From Promethearchaeota archaeon (GTDB taxonomy: Archaea > Asgardarchaeota > Lokiarchaeia > Sigyniarchaeales > SOKP01), in NCBI GenBank assembly GCA_019058295.1, contig JAHPZI010000022.1:216816-280815 (forward strand): a DNA stretch of 64,000 nt. Direction: 5' to 3'. Numbering within the stretch: the first letter of the stretch is position 1; the number at the start of each line of letters is the position of its first letter. The notes under the pieces are model-generated. The model was given only the letters and a program-made list of their open reading frames with translations, had not been told where the DNA came from and made no database searches. The position numbers were made by a program, and so were the translations under genes. This document shows positions 31,475-41,616 of this stretch, one piece after another.

Positions 31475-32599
31475 ATGGACATTAGTGATTTAAAAATAGG
31501 AAGAGAGGGAACATTTATTCCTCCATTCAAAAGTAATATAAACATTGTTAAAAGCTATGAAAATGAGGGATATGATTCCATATTCTTTGCGGATCATATC
31601 TTAAATTGGGTACCGGAATCAATATGGACTCCAGATATTACAGATCTTGCCAATGTTTATCCTACTCCCCATCTGATATATGATGTTTTTTCTATGATGA
31701 CTGCTACTGCTTTAAATACAAAAAAAATTCACATTGGAACAGGAGTAACAGAACCTTTTAGGAGGAATCCTGCGGTACTTGCACAAACATTTCTTACGTT
31801 TGATGAGTTATCAAGAGGAAGAGCAATTTTAGGGATAGGCACAGGGGAGAAGGAAAATACAGTTCCATATGGAATAAAATGGGAAAAACCTGTAGGGAGA
31901 TTAGAAGAAGCTATTACAATTATTAAGAAATTGTGGGAATGTGATAAAAAAATTGATTATGATGGAAATATCTGGAAGTTAAAAAATGCGCTCCTTAGAT
32001 TAAAACCTTTTAAGAAAGGAAAATTACCGCCAATATGGATTGCCGCTCATGGATCTAGAATGCTAGATATAACAGGTAGATTGGGCGACGGCTGGTTACC
32101 TATTATTTTAAAGCCAGAAGTATATAAGGAAAAACTTAGTATTATTCGAAAATCCGCACAGAAAGCTGGGAGAGATCCGAATGAAATTACTCCTGCATTA
32201 ATAGTATGTGTTATAACTGATGAAGATAGAGGAGAAGTTGATAAAATGCTTGAAAATCCGATAACAAAAAATACTTTAATACCTTTATATGATGAAGATT
32301 TCAAGTCGTATGGATTATCACACCCTCTTGGAGATAAAATTGATGGGACTTTAGAGTTCATTCCAACCCATTACGATAAAAAGTCAATGCTGGAGCTACT
32401 GGAAAAGATCCCCACAAAAATGTGTCGAGATTTTTACTTAAATGGTACTCCTGATGAAATCATTGGTCAAATTGAAAACTATGCTAAAATTGGTGTGAAA
32501 CATATTATTCTTTTTAATGTTTCAATCTTATGTGGTCTCAAATATATTCCCCGTTCGGGTGGGTGTATGAAAGCAATAATTAAGTATTTTAAAAATTAA
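31475..32599 (+). CDS. LLM-class (probably F420-dependent) oxidoreductase, phthiodiolone ketoreductase-like
   Basis: ADH...W.P, GTGVTEPFRRNPA, GRAILGIGTGE.EN, IWIAAHG, GDGW. Confidence 0.8.
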   Translation: MDISDLKIGREGTFIPPFKSNINIVKSYENEGYDSIFFADHILNWVPESIWTPDITDLANVYPTPHLIYDVFSMMTATALNTKKIHIGTGVTEPFRRNPAVLAQTFLTFDELSRGRAILGIGTGEKENTVPYGIKWEKPVGRLEEAITIIKKLWECDKKIDYDGNIWKLKNALLRLKPFKKGKLPPIWIAAHGSRMLDITGRLGDGWLPIILKPEVYKEKLSIIRKSAQKAGRDPNEITPALIVCVITDEDRGEVDKMLENPITKNTLIPLYDEDFKSYGLSHPLGDKIDGTLEFIPTHYDKKSMLELLEKIPTKMCRDFYLNGTPDEIIGQIENYAKIGVKHIILFNVSILCGLKYIPRSGGCMKAIIKYFKN

Positions 32600-32763
32600 T
32601 CAATATCACATTTTTACCTCTTTTTATCTTGTCTCACTCAATACCTTTTAATTTTTCTAGAAAACCTAATTTATTTAATAATAAAACTTATATTTTCCAT
32701 TTATTATTTCTAGAACACTGCTAAGAAAAAAACAATAGAGAACAGAAAGAGAAAAGTTAGGTA

Positions 32764-33687
32764 ATGACAATGAATCTAAATCGAATTGACATTCATCATC
32801 ATATCCTCCCTCCAGAATATCTTTCTTCTCTAGCTGCTATTGGTGTTAAGACTGTAGATGGTGTAACTTTCCCTAAATGGGATATAGAAAGCAGTCTAGC
32901 GTTTATGGATAGGCAAGGCATCACAGCAGCTATTACATCTATTTCCGCACCAGGAATTTATTTTGGAGATAGTGATTTTAGGCAGGATCTGGCACGCCGT
33001 TGCAATGAATTCTCTGCTCGTTTAGTGAATAAATATCCACAGAGGTTTGGTGCTTTTGCTTTATTACCTTTACCAGATGTAGAAAATTCAATTATCGAGT
33101 TAGAATATGCCCTTGACAATTTGAATTTAGATGGGATTGTTTTACTCACAAATATTAATGGTACATATATCGGTGATCCTCTATTCAGCGAGCTCTTTTC
33201 AGAATTAAATCGCCGGAAAGCAGTTGTATTCATTCACCCAAATTCTCCTCCATTGGATAAACAACCTATGCCTAATTTTAATGCTGCTGTTTTAGAGTAT
33301 GTATTTGATACAACAAGGGCAGTAGCGAATTTGATTCATGGAGGCACGATGAAAAAATATCCAAATATTCGATTTATCTTATCTCATGCTGGAGGAACAG
33401 TTCCATACCTAACTTGGCGAATTTCCTTTGGTAAAAAAAGGTTAATAGATTATCTTAAACGCTTCTATTATGGTACTGCTTTGTCATGTACAAGTTATGC
33501 CCTTCGTTCCCTCCAAGAATTAGTAGAACCATCACAAATTCTTTTTGGCAGTGATTACCCATTTCTCCCAGAACGAGCGGCATCTAAAATGGTCGAAGGA
33601 TTTAATAATTACGATGGTTTCGATACAAAAACTCGAACGGCCATTGCGTATGAAAATGCTCTAGCTCTTTTTCCGCGGTTTAGATAA
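32764..33687 (+). CDS. Amidohydrolase_2 family (ACMSD/aromatic acid decarboxylase-like)
   Basis: IDIHHH, FIHP, FDTTRA, SHAGG, FGSDYPF. Confidence 0.88.
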   Translation: MTMNLNRIDIHHHILPPEYLSSLAAIGVKTVDGVTFPKWDIESSLAFMDRQGITAAITSISAPGIYFGDSDFRQDLARRCNEFSARLVNKYPQRFGAFALLPLPDVENSIIELEYALDNLNLDGIVLLTNINGTYIGDPLFSELFSELNRRKAVVFIHPNSPPLDKQPMPNFNAAVLEYVFDTTRAVANLIHGGTMKKYPNIRFILSHAGGTVPYLTWRISFGKKRLIDYLKRFYYGTALSCTSYALRSLQELVEPSQILFGSDYPFLPERAASKMVEGFNNYDGFDTKTRTAIAYENALALFPRFR

Positions 33688-33836
33688 TCTACGATTGATA
33701 ATGGAACAAAAATTGGGAGGAAAATTATTTATTTTTATTGGATTGCCTATATTGAATTTGATTATTTTGGAAAATTAAATAAAAAAAGAAGAATTAAAAA
33801 ATTAATTATATTTATTTTCGCTTGAATTTGAAAGAA

Positions 33837-35495
33837 TTAACGAGTCCTTTTTTTCATAAATATATATACGAGAGCAATGCCTCCAACAGCGCTTATTACC
33901 ACCGCGGCTACAACAATCGGGACAAGTAAATCCGCTTCCTCGTCATCATCATCGTCATCATCAGCCCCTCCAGGCAAGGCAGATGGTCTTGTATAGACGG
34001 GAATAGTACAGCCCATGATTTCTTTATCGTTGCCCCATGGTCCATCGGTCTGATCCTCCCAGACCACATAAACGACTGAACTCGAAGCAGCAATTGAGGG
34101 CCTATCGCTGTTACCATCGTTCCATTCCTTCCCATCAGCCCATTTATCCGAAATTACAGTAGCGTTCGTCCAGCTTACACCGTAGTCTGTGGATTTTGCG
34201 TACATGATTTCATCATCACCACCCCATTCGTAAACGGTATTTGGCGAGTCATACCAGACCACATGGATATGATTCCACTTGTCAATGGCGATTTCAGTAT
34301 ATTCACAACCGCTTTGATGCCAAGGTGTCCCATCATCCCATTTATCCGAAATCACGGTCCAGTTAGACCATAACCCTGTAGTTGCGCTATAAATAGCGTG
34401 TACTACTTCATCAATACCCCATGGTCCATTGGTATAATCGACCCAAGCCACATGAACATTATTTGCATTGTCTACAGCAATAGCAGGAGCTTCACAATCT
34501 CCTGAATTCCCACCCCAAATATCAGAAATCACGGTCGCATTGGACCATCCTATAGCCTCGGTGAAGTTAGCCCCAAAGATTTCTGTGTCAGTACCCCATT
34601 TAGTATCAACGCTATCCTTCCATACAACCCACACATTATTATTAGATAAATCTACCGCAATTTTAGGGACTTTGCTTTGCCCATCGTTCCAGTAGCTACC
34701 CTTCCAGCCATCAGAGAGCACTGTAACATTGGTCCATTGCCCCGTTGCTATTGTATAGTTGGCGTACATGATTTCAGTTTCACCAACACTATTCCATGGT
34801 CCAGGACTATAATCTTCCCAGACCACATGGACCATGCCATTTCCATCTATTGCAATATCAGGGGAAAAGCTGCTACCTTTGTTCCAGGTGTTTCCATCAT
34901 CCCAATTATCAGAAACCACTGTAATATTAGACCATTGCCCTGTTGCAACACTGTAATTTACGCACATAATTTCCGCATCAGTGCCCCATTTCGCCGCGAA
35001 ATCTGTATCTTCAATATACACTACATAAATATTGCCACTTTCATCCACCGCAATAGCAGGACTATCGCTATCGTCATTACTCCAATCATTCCCATCCTCC
35101 CATTTATCAGAAATCACTGTAGCGTTAGACCATTGCCCTGTAGCTTTTGTGTAGTTAGCGTACATGATTTCAGTTTCACCAGCACTTTCCCATGGTCCAT
35201 CGGTAGAATCCACCCAGACCGCATGAAAATTGCCCCACTTATCCACCGCAATATCAGGGCAGTCGGATGATCCATCGTTCCATTCCTTCCCATCGTCCCA
35301 ATTATCTGAAACTATGGTTACATTTGAGTATGTCACAGTTGAAGCTTTTGGTTTTGATGTATTATCCTCGATTGAGCTTAGGTCCGACTCATCTGAAACT
35401 GCAATCGGTTGAGGAGAACTCAATGGCGCCAAAATGATTCCAGAACCAAACAAACAAAAGAGCGCAATTAACATCATTATATTTTTTTTTGCCAT
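33837..35495 (-). CDS. Secreted, membrane-anchored seven-repeat beta-propeller (BNR/Asp-box-like) surface protein
   Basis: Signal peptide; seven ~60-66 aa repeats (W.N.TV.SD...P.IAVD...HVVW.D...EIM); Asp-box STDYGVSW; poly-Asp, TM, KKRTR. Confidence 0.82.
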   Translation of the reverse strand: MAKKNIMMLIALFCLFGSGIILAPLSSPQPIAVSDESDLSSIEDNTSKPKASTVTYSNVTIVSDNWDDGKEWNDGSSDCPDIAVDKWGNFHAVWVDSTDGPWESAGETEIMYANYTKATGQWSNATVISDKWEDGNDWSNDDSDSPAIAVDESGNIYVVYIEDTDFAAKWGTDAEIMCVNYSVATGQWSNITVVSDNWDDGNTWNKGSSFSPDIAIDGNGMVHVVWEDYSPGPWNSVGETEIMYANYTIATGQWTNVTVLSDGWKGSYWNDGQSKVPKIAVDLSNNNVWVVWKDSVDTKWGTDTEIFGANFTEAIGWSNATVISDIWGGNSGDCEAPAIAVDNANNVHVAWVDYTNGPWGIDEVVHAIYSATTGLWSNWTVISDKWDDGTPWHQSGCEYTEIAIDKWNHIHVVWYDSPNTVYEWGGDDEIMYAKSTDYGVSWTNATVISDKWADGKEWNDGNSDRPSIAASSSVVYVVWEDQTDGPWGNDKEIMGCTIPVYTRPSALPGGADDDDDDDEEADLLVPIVVAAVVISAVGGIALVYIFMKKRTR

Positions 35496-35543
35496 TAGTT
35501 AACTCACTTTTTTTTATTGGATGATATATATTCTGATAGAAAC

Positions 35544-36590
35544 CTATTTAATTATTACCATTTCATGGAGCGTAGTTCCCGTTTCTTTATAAGCAGTTCC
35601 TTCATAATTAAAAGTGATATCGAAATTAGAATTAAACCTAAAATAACCAGGTCTGAGTTTTAAGAGGTTTTTAGCGATAAATCGTAAAACTGGACTTAAT
35701 TCTAAAAGTAAACTATCAGCATCAATGATTTCCTGAACATCCAATGTTATTAAATTTCCCTTTGAAAGGTCAAACTTTAATGTTTTTGGATATTTATTTT
35801 CTACTTTATCATGATACTGAAGATTTTCTTGAATTAATTCAAATTCACCTGTGCTGAGAATAACATTTTCATTCTTCGCAAGCATAAGCACTTTAATAGC
35901 ATGGTTATCCATCTTTTTACTGCATTGAATATAAGCATAAATAAGGGTAAAATTTTCTGAGTAAAGGCGTCCCCAATACCAATAATCTACAATTCTAGCA
36001 AGATTGAAATTTATCCAATTATGATCATGATATCCAACTCCTTTAACTTCAATGGTCTCATTAAGTACTTTAATAGTCCCTTCTACATGAGCTCTTGGGA
36101 GAGGTACAACCCAACCAAACTGTCCTTTATTTCTAAACTCAGTATAACCTCTTCCAGGCATCCATCCATGAACTTGAGCAGTATAGTTCAGGTGCATTCC
36201 ATATTCTCCTTCATCTAAAAGAATTTCATATTGAAGTAATTTCTGATTTGAAGAATCCACTTTTAAATAATTCTTGCCTATACTAACATCAGCAATTTCT
36301 CGTGAGACTTTCATATCTGATTGGAGATAATTGTATGTATTTTGGATTTTTTCTCCATTGGGTTTATATATATCGATTTCTACAGCAACTTTTCCAGTTC
36401 GCTGGTGTTTTGCCCAAAAAAATCCAACCACTGTATAACCATTATCAAGACGAGCATCAAAATACCACCATTCAGAATTTCCTTTCTTATTTATATCAAT
36501 ATGTAGAGCATCAAATTTAGGATCAAATACAGTAATTTTTCCATCTTTTCTTCCTGGTCCTGACCAAGCTTCTTTAATTTTATCTGTCAT
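35544..36590 (-). CDS. CrtC/AttH-like lipocalin-fold protein (hydratase/cyclase superfamily)
   Basis: EWWYFDA, W.VP.P, GVGYHDHNW, WYWGR; GGTG before ATG 36590. Confidence 0.75.
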   Translation of the reverse strand: MTDKIKEAWSGPGRKDGKITVFDPKFDALHIDINKKGNSEWWYFDARLDNGYTVVGFFWAKHQRTGKVAVEIDIYKPNGEKIQNTYNYLQSDMKVSREIADVSIGKNYLKVDSSNQKLLQYEILLDEGEYGMHLNYTAQVHGWMPGRGYTEFRNKGQFGWVVPLPRAHVEGTIKVLNETIEVKGVGYHDHNWINFNLARIVDYWYWGRLYSENFTLIYAYIQCSKKMDNHAIKVLMLAKNENVILSTGEFELIQENLQYHDKVENKYPKTLKFDLSKGNLITLDVQEIIDADSLLLELSPVLRFIAKNLLKLRPGYFRFNSNFDITFNYEGTAYKETGTTLHEMVIIK

Positions 36591-36646
36591 AAACACCACA
36601 TTAAATATATAAAAGATAATATAAATTAAATAAAAAATTTACTGAA

Positions 36647-37054
36647 TTATTCTTGTAGAAGAGCAAACAGCTTCATCATAGGAAATAGTTTAAAAATCCC
36701 CTTTATTTGAACTGGTCCAAATATCCATTTTAATCCGAGTTTTATCATAGATATTCTTTTCATCGCAAATGCTAGGAATGTCTGAGTATCCATGGAAACT
36801 AATCCATCCCAACCAATTGATTTTTTCTTTAAATTTGATTCTGGTTTATTTGGTACGCTTTTAACACTCAATTGGCCTTTATTTATAATAATTAGCGCAG
36901 CATAGTTTAAGTTTGTAGCATTTATTAGGTACTTACGCTGAGTATTCTTAAACTTTTCTTTGAAGCTAGATTTTTCGTTTAAAGGATTCACTATATTTTC
37001 TAATAGTCCCGCAAATCCTTTAGCGTAATCTAAAATAATATTTGATTCGCTCAT
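36647..37054 (-). CDS. SCP2 sterol/lipid-carrier-like protein
   Basis: 135 aa; I..GQLSV, DGLVSMDTQTFL, ISMIKL...GPVQIKGIFKL; ATGA-coupled to the upstream gene. Confidence 0.6.
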   Translation of the reverse strand: MSESNIILDYAKGFAGLLENIVNPLNEKSSFKEKFKNTQRKYLINATNLNYAALIIINKGQLSVKSVPNKPESNLKKKSIGWDGLVSMDTQTFLAFAMKRISMIKLGLKWIFGPVQIKGIFKLFPMMKLFALLQE

Positions 37055-38628
37055 TTATTTTCACCCTCCTTTTTTGCGGTTATGTAAAAGCCTGAATCAG
37101 CAACTCCGTTAGGGTCAAAAGCTGCCTTAATTTTACGAAGCCAATTATGATAATTCATCATATGAGGGCCCCATTCGTCATGCAATTTATCACCCTCTAT
37201 AAAAAATGGCGCACCTAAGTGTTTAATTAAATCTTGTTTATTACTTTCATCCATATAATTAGCCATTCCTTTCACGCTTTTCAAATCTGATTGATTAAAC
37301 ATTGTAGGTGACTCCATATGGAAAAAATGTCCGCCCTCATAACTAGTCATCCAAGCACCTTCACCAAAATCATTTGCGATAGCCTCCTTTTTAATATATT
37401 TCTGCTTTAAAGGAATATTTGTTTTCTCAGCACGAAGACATAAAGCAGCAGCATCTGCTTGACCCTTAGCTGACTGGAACCCTCCAGTTGCTATAAAACC
37501 ATGATATCCGAGATTAGCGCGTAGGCACTCAGCATAAAAAACTTTCTCAGGAACATATTTTGTATCTACAATATTTTCGAGATCATATTCAGTGAGTATA
37601 TCCTCCATGACCATTTGTTTATAGTCAAATTCTCGTTTTGTTCTTGCTCCCATAACCACCAATAACGGATTTTTCAATACACCAAGAGCCATTTTATCCA
37701 TCAAACCTTCTATACTGTATGAAAAAATAGCCATGACGGCTAAACCAGATATATGACTAACTATAAAACCGACTTCCTCTTCTTCTACCCGAAGCATTAT
37801 CTTCTCTAATCCTTTCCAGCTTTTACAATCAAAAACATAGGCTCGTATATAATCTGGTTTCTCAAAATTATAGAGAGGTGCGTGACCAGTCATGACAAAT
37901 TTTGTATCAGTTGGATAGGGAAATAATTTTATACCAACTTTAGTAAAAACACCGATTCCCGATTTTGCACCAACCCATCCCCTCATGATACCTCTCAAAC
38001 TTGGACCGGGCCCATCACCAATAAACCAATCAGGATTATTTTTCTGTCCTAATGAACCTAATCTCAATATATTTCCATCAGGAAGTACCCACTCAACCCC
38101 TAAAACATTCCTTGCACTATGTCCCGTTTGGGGTGATGTAAAGCCAGGACCCGCCATTGAGGTGTGGCTCGCCAGAGGTGATGCCATTGGGCCTGCCCCA
38201 GGCATGTGAACTGTCAAACCATATTTCATGGCTTCTGCTTGAAGCTGTGCTCCACTAACATATGATTCTACTACGGCATACAAGTTTTTTTCATCAATCT
38301 TAACGATCTTATTCATTCTACGGAGATCTAATATTATAGAGTTATCTGTGCTTGGTTGATTCCATGGACCAAGGCCAGTTGATTGAGCTTTAAATTTAAT
38401 CTTATATTTATTACATAATTGCACGATCTTCTGTACTTCCTCTGTAGTAGAAGGAAGTATTACAGCTTTAGGCACAGAAGAAAATGGGATTGGTTCTTTT
38501 CCCTCCATATAATTAACAAACTCTGTACACCAATTATAAGCATAAATATTTGTCATTACATCCCCATCATCGATAAATTCTGGACCTACAACATCTTGAA
38601 ACTCTTTTAATATGTCCTTATCTAACAT
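37051..38628 (-). CDS. FAD-binding oxidoreductase (VAO/GlcD/p-cresol methylhydroxylase-like)
   Basis: VILPSTTEEVQ, LDLRRMNKI, EWVLPDG..LRLGS, GPGPSLRG, FDPNG. Confidence 0.85.
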   Translation of the reverse strand: MLDKDILKEFQDVVGPEFIDDGDVMTNIYAYNWCTEFVNYMEGKEPIPFSSVPKAVILPSTTEEVQKIVQLCNKYKIKFKAQSTGLGPWNQPSTDNSIILDLRRMNKIVKIDEKNLYAVVESYVSGAQLQAEAMKYGLTVHMPGAGPMASPLASHTSMAGPGFTSPQTGHSARNVLGVEWVLPDGNILRLGSLGQKNNPDWFIGDGPGPSLRGIMRGWVGAKSGIGVFTKVGIKLFPYPTDTKFVMTGHAPLYNFEKPDYIRAYVFDCKSWKGLEKIMLRVEEEEVGFIVSHISGLAVMAIFSYSIEGLMDKMALGVLKNPLLVVMGARTKREFDYKQMVMEDILTEYDLENIVDTKYVPEKVFYAECLRANLGYHGFIATGGFQSAKGQADAAALCLRAEKTNIPLKQKYIKKEAIANDFGEGAWMTSYEGGHFFHMESPTMFNQSDLKSVKGMANYMDESNKQDLIKHLGAPFFIEGDKLHDEWGPHMMNYHNWLRKIKAAFDPNGVADSGFYITAKKEGENK

Positions 38629-38630
38629 TG

Positions 38631-39950
38631 TTAGGATCCTCCTGCTGTTGCTTGTTTTAATTTTTCAGGTTCTAAACCTAAAGCCATCAATATTAATTCG
38701 CTTATATCGTAATATTTCAATTTTGAACCACTTTCTTTAATCCCATCTTGCAAATTTGTGGAGCAGAATGGACAAGCAGATACAAGAATATTAGCTCCCG
38801 AATCCTCTGCTTCTTCAATTCTATTTTTAGAAGCTCTAATAGCCATATCTGGAAAGGCAGATTTTACACCAGCTCCCGCTCCACAGCAATAGGAATATTC
38901 CATTATACGCTCCATTTCAACTAATTTTAATCCTGGAATTTTATTTAAAATGTTCCTGGGTGCATCATAAACTCCCCTTGCTCCAATATTTTTCGGTTTT
39001 GGTGGTATATTTATTGATACTAATGGCATTAATTTAAGCTCATCTCCCGCCCATTCTTCATATTGTTCAGCGGTCCTACCTAAATGACAGGGATCATGAT
39101 AGGTAACCGTAATAGGTACTTCAGTTGTAAATTTTAATTTCCCTTCCTCAATTAATTGTTCAAAGAACTCCACAGTATGTAAAACTTCAAAGTTATATTC
39201 TCTATATAAGGGATAATCTACTTTGAACGTATCATAGCACCCAGCACAGCTAAAAATAATGGTTTCAATTCCCTTTGATTCCATGACATCTAAATTTTTA
39301 TTTAGTTGCACTTTAAAAGATTCAACATCTCCAGTTCGGTATACAGGACTCCCACAACAAAACTCATCATCTTTTAAAATATTAAATGGAACTCCTGCAG
39401 CATTCATTATACGTGCTGCAGCTATGGCCATTTCTTTCCTCCTATAAGAAGAAGTGCATCCCACATAATATAATAACTTTGCATCAGGATCAACTTTAAT
39501 ATCTGAAGGTAACCAATCTACTCTTTTTTCATGTGGTTCATTATAAGGATTATTCACTTTTTTCATTGCTTCAGTATAAGCTTTTTGTTGAGGCATAGGA
39601 CCATATCCGTCCTTTACTAATTTTTCGCGAAATCTCATGATGATTTCTAAAGGTTCTAATGTATTCATGTATTTACAAGCAATCGCACAGTTCCCACATT
39701 CAGTACATCTATATACAATATTTAGGAGATCCTCTGATGGTTTTACTCTACCCATTTCATAGGCTAAAGCAAGGATAATTCTCCCCCCACCACTATAAGC
39801 ATGATAATCATATATATCCATAGCAGGACAACATGAAGCGTACTTCTGACTTTTGATCTGGACTTGCGGTATCCACTTACATACGGAGCAACGTAAACAC
39901 ATCTTAATCATCCGTTGGTATTCCTCTTCAGGAAAGTGTTCAGTCGTCAA
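38631..39950 (-). CDS. Fe-S oxidoreductase (GlcF/HdrD-like, CCG domains)
   Basis: CLRCSVC, CTECGNC, CCGSP, YHDPCHLGR, CCGAGAG, CPFC. Confidence 0.88.
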   Translation of the reverse strand: MTTEHFPEEEYQRMIKMCLRCSVCKWIPQVQIKSQKYASCCPAMDIYDYHAYSGGGRIILALAYEMGRVKPSEDLLNIVYRCTECGNCAIACKYMNTLEPLEIIMRFREKLVKDGYGPMPQQKAYTEAMKKVNNPYNEPHEKRVDWLPSDIKVDPDAKLLYYVGCTSSYRRKEMAIAAARIMNAAGVPFNILKDDEFCCGSPVYRTGDVESFKVQLNKNLDVMESKGIETIIFSCAGCYDTFKVDYPLYREYNFEVLHTVEFFEQLIEEGKLKFTTEVPITVTYHDPCHLGRTAEQYEEWAGDELKLMPLVSINIPPKPKNIGARGVYDAPRNILNKIPGLKLVEMERIMEYSYCCGAGAGVKSAFPDMAIRASKNRIEEAEDSGANILVSACPFCSTNLQDGIKESGSKLKYYDISELILMALGLEPEKLKQATAGGS

Positions 39951-41397
39951 AACATAGCACCCCCGGATTTAGTATGTTATTAGGATCAAAAATCTTCTTT
40001 ACTTTCTTGAGAGCAGTTATAGTTTCTTCACTATGATTTGCAAAAACTTCCTTTGCCCATAAACTATACGGTCGATTAAAGAAAGCTCCTGCTTCTATTA
40101 GTTTTGAACTTATATCCATAAAGTTTTGTTTTATGTCAGGAATTGCACTTTCATCCCCTGGATCGTAAAATAGATCAAATTCGCAATAATACGAAGTACC
40201 TTGATTAAGAGCTTGAATATATGTCCCAAGATTTTTCTGAGCCATTTTTTCCACGATTGACACAAATTCAGATATTCGTTCAAAATTTGTTATAAAGAAT
40301 ATATCTTGATATGCCCCTTTTAATCTACTTCTCCATGGAAAGGCCGTTGGTTCCTTTAGGGCAGTTAGAATATCTTTCTCGTTAATAGGGCTATTATTAT
40401 TTAAATTATCTTTCTTTAATTCTTGAATAAGATCATTAATGTCATTTTCTTGATAGGAGATCTTGTCATTGGCAAATTTTCCCCGACCTGACAATACATA
40501 AATTAAATTCCATTTTGCTAAGGAATTACTTAACTCTAAGATCTGTGTAGACTCTATCTTTACTAAACAGGCAAGATTTAGATTCTGTAAAATAACAATT
40601 TCATCAGCATAACGATATTTTAATAATATTTGTTGTACATCCAATAAATCTTGAAGATTTTCTGATTGAAGATGAATAACTTTCTGAACTGTGGGTAGCA
40701 GTTCTAATTTCACGGTTGCCCATGTCACAACTCCTATGCTACCTTGTGCACCTTGGATCACTCTATACGGACTAAAATGAGTCGGACCCATTGGGTTGAC
40801 TTGAGCTGCCCCCCTCTTTTGTTGTTGCTTAATCGTTCCCGGTCCTGCTGCCGTTCCAGTTCTGAATAAATCTCCCGTACCGAAAACAACTTCTGTACAT
40901 AGGAGAGGATCAGAACTATCCCAGTGATATCGGGGTATTGTGATGGGTTCCCTTTTGAGCGCTGAAGTTAATACAGATTTATCTGATTCAGGATGTAAGG
41001 GTAATAATAATCTTAGTCCTTTTTCCTTAAGTTTTGGTATCAATTCTCCGAAAGTTACACCGGGTTCTACCATTACAACTCTATTTTTTCTGTCTATACT
41101 TACAATATTTTTCATTTTAGAAAGGTTTAATATAACAGTGTTATCCTTCTTAGGGAGTGTATCACCATGATAACGCACATTAGAACTAGAACTTGTAGGT
41201 ATCACCGAGAATCCTATTGAATTAGCTAATTTTAATATTTCTTCAATTTGCTTACTATTTTTTGGCCACACGACGGATATTGGTATTTTTCCCGAAACAA
41301 AACTACAATCTTCTGAATAAGTTTTTAAGATATCCAGATTATTTGAAGCATTTTTCTTGCCGCAAATATTAACTAAGTTCTGAAAAATATCATTCAT
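39940..41397 (-). CDS. FAD-binding oxidoreductase (VAO/GlcD family)
   Basis: VEPGVTF, EVVFGTG, GAQGSIGVVT, FDPNNILNPG. Confidence 0.85.
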   Translation of the reverse strand: MNDIFQNLVNICGKKNASNNLDILKTYSEDCSFVSGKIPISVVWPKNSKQIEEILKLANSIGFSVIPTSSSSNVRYHGDTLPKKDNTVILNLSKMKNIVSIDRKNRVVMVEPGVTFGELIPKLKEKGLRLLLPLHPESDKSVLTSALKREPITIPRYHWDSSDPLLCTEVVFGTGDLFRTGTAAGPGTIKQQQKRGAAQVNPMGPTHFSPYRVIQGAQGSIGVVTWATVKLELLPTVQKVIHLQSENLQDLLDVQQILLKYRYADEIVILQNLNLACLVKIESTQILELSNSLAKWNLIYVLSGRGKFANDKISYQENDINDLIQELKKDNLNNNSPINEKDILTALKEPTAFPWRSRLKGAYQDIFFITNFERISEFVSIVEKMAQKNLGTYIQALNQGTSYYCEFDLFYDPGDESAIPDIKQNFMDISSKLIEAGAFFNRPYSLWAKEVFANHSEETITALKKVKKIFDPNNILNPGVLCFDD

Positions 41398-41616
41398 TTG
41401 ACGAAAATACCTTTATTTATTTATAAAATTTAATAGTATAGTTTGATGATTATTATTATTTCTTTAAATTAATAAATAATTTTACTAAAATCTAAAGTAA
41501 TTTAAGGATAAATAATAATTTATTAAAAAGCAAGTTTTATATTTTTAATGAACAATAATTAAACAATTAAATTTTATCAATAAAAAATTAAAAAATCACA
41601 AAGGGAGAAATAAGAT

